DNA from: Octopus vulgaris
Lineage: Eukaryota
Assembly (NCBI GenBank): GCA_951406725.2
Contig: OX597817.1
Location: 135,966,001 to 136,030,000 of the forward strand
DNA length: 64,000 nt
Direction: 5' to 3'
The notes below the pieces were generated by a model, which searched no databases, was not told the DNA's origin, and saw nothing but the letters and a program-made list of their open reading frames with translations. This document shows, one piece after another, positions 62,067-64,000 of this stretch. How positions within the stretch are numbered: position 1 is the first letter of the stretch; the number at the start of each line of letters is the position of its first letter. Position numbers and translations under genes: made by a program.

Positions 62067-62079
62067 GAATGTGCTGTAT

Positions 62080-62142
<63 letters not shown>

Positions 62143-62164
62143 TATATACACATATGAATCCGAT

Positions 62165-62402
62165 CGCTCTCAAAAATTAACTAAAAAAAAAGAACCCCAA
62201 AATAATCCGGAAATCTTGTCCGGTACCGGATCGATCCCAAAATCTAATCAGTTCATGCCATTCAACGAGGCCAAACATCTCTGACAGTTTCATCCGAATC
62301 CATCCAGTGGTTCTTGAGATTATCTTGTCCACGGACAAACAAACAAACAAACAAATACGACTGGAAACAATACTTCCGTCTTTGCTTAGGCGGAGGTAAT
62401 AA
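62165..62402 (-). mobile_element. HINE/DINE-1-like non-autonomous element
   Basis: Minus-strand start TTATTACCTCCGCC with a short inverted partner, (GTTT)n microsatellite, and a GGATCGATCC palindrome. Confidence 0.5.
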
Positions 62403-63313
62403 GCGAACAACAAGAGGATGTTCACAAGGACTGTATTAGCTTGACGCTTGGTGACAAGAGAGAACTGGGGCACACGGTCTTGCAAGGTCTGGTCGAAAGA
62501 CAAATGGATCCCCCTGTACTTATTTTTAGGCCTGGGACTTGTTTTATCACTCTCTTTTGGTTACGATGTCATAAACAAACAGACACCGGTTGGAAAACGC
62601 TGTAGTGAGACAAACATAGGCACAAAGGTATGCACATTTACAAACATATACACACACACACATATGTACAGCCATACATACACACACACACACATACACA
62701 CACACACACACACACATTTTTTTACCTCTTACACGTTTCAGTCATTAGACTGCGTCCAATTTTTAATCGAATGATTGACCTCAGTACTTATTATATCAGT
62801 CTCTTTTGCCAAACCACTAAGTTACGGAAACCTGAACACACCAGCACCGGCTGCCAAGCGGTGGAGGTGGGGGTGGCATACACATATACATATACGTACA
62901 ACGGGCTTCTTTCAGTTTCCGTCTACCAAATTCACTCACAAGGCTTTGATCGGCCCGAGGCTATAGTAGAAGACACTTGCCCAAGGTGCCACGCAGTGGG
63001 ATTGAACCCGGAATCAAGCTTCTTACCACACAGTCACGTATATATACATCTACGGAGGTTTCCGCATACTTTGCGTCTAGGGAATTAACTCATACAGCAT
63101 TGGTCGACCCAGGGATATGGTAGGAAACACTTGCCCAAGGTGCCGCGCAATGGGACGGAGCCAAGAACCACGTGACTTTACAGCGAACTTCATAACCACG
63201 CAAGATAGATAAGTAGACAGACAGACAAATAGAGAGAGAGAAAGAAAGTGGGGTATGTGTGCGTGTGTATACATACGTAGATAGAACGAGAGATATGTGT
63301 ATATCTATATCTA

Positions 63314-63396
<83 letters not shown>

Positions 63397-63415
63397 ATAT
63401 ATATATATATATATA

Positions 63416-63603
63416 GGGAGAGTTTACGAAAAAAATAAACAAAAGACGAAGACAGGTGGTGTATAAAACAAACAGATGTATTAGTATAACGCTCAGGAAT
63501 AGAAAAAGTCTTTTACGTTTCGAGCCTTCGCTCTTCTACAGAAAGGGACACAGAAAAAAACAAAGAGAGAAAAAAATGTATGTAGTGGCTAACGATCTAT
63601 CAT
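63416..63603 (-). mobile_element. PLE-type family A copy with hammerhead at 63510-63545
   Basis: Minus strand cttt CTGTAGA a GAGC gaag GCTC GAAA CG TA aaag; stems I and II perfect. Confidence 0.7.
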
Positions 63604-63619
63604 ATATCTATATATATCG

Positions 63620-64000
63620 TCGTGGCACTCCGTTGGTTGCGACGAGGAGAGTTCCAGTTGATCCGAATCAACGGAACAGCCTGCTCGTGAAATTAACGTG
63701 CAAGTGGCTGAGCACTCCACAGACACGTGTACCCTTAACATAGTTCTCGGGGAGATTCAGCGTGACACAGAGTGTGACAAGGCTGGCCTCTTTGAAAAAC
63801 AGGTACAAGGGAAACAGGAAGAAAGAGTGAGAGAAAGTTATGGTGAAAGAGTATAGCAAGGTTCATCACAACCCACTGCTGGAGCCTCGCGGAGCTTTGG
63901 GTGTTTTCGCTCAATAAACACTCACAGTGCCTGGTGTGGGAATCGAAACCGCGATCCTATGACCGCGAGTCTGCTGCCATAACCACTGGGCCATTGCGCC
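63620..64000 (-). mobile_element. tRNA-derived SINE
   Basis: Minus strand GGCGCAATGGCCCAGTGG...GGTTTCGATTCC; matches 59716-60080. Confidence 0.88.

Overview
Very AT-rich, microsatellite-saturated eukaryotic DNA with no recognisable host protein-coding exon; almost all listed ORFs are translations of simple repeats. The SINE families and the (TA)n/(ATT)n/(GATA)n density suggest an octopus (coleoid cephalopod) intron or intergenic region, which is an inference. The window holds a decayed Ty3/Gypsy element with an LTR and an inverted RT block, about 10 fragments of R4/Dong-type restriction-endonuclease non-LTR elements (mostly at TAA arrays), CR1/L2-type and L1/Tx1-type LINE remnants, three Tc1/mariner remnants, non-autonomous Helitrons, MITEs and several tRNA-derived SINE families. 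The most notable layer is a set of about 13 minimal type-I hammerhead-ribozyme-like motifs from about 8 sequence families. They sit in microsatellite-embedded Penelope-like (PLE) elements that often carry inverted 5' duplications. One family, present in two copies with the same architecture (34.7-35.3 kb and 39.9-40.9 kb), joins a tRNA/B-box head, a (TAA)n spacer and a hammerhead-bearing tail. It is a candidate PLE-mobilised, ribozyme-carrying SINE. All motifs were read by eye; no searches were run.
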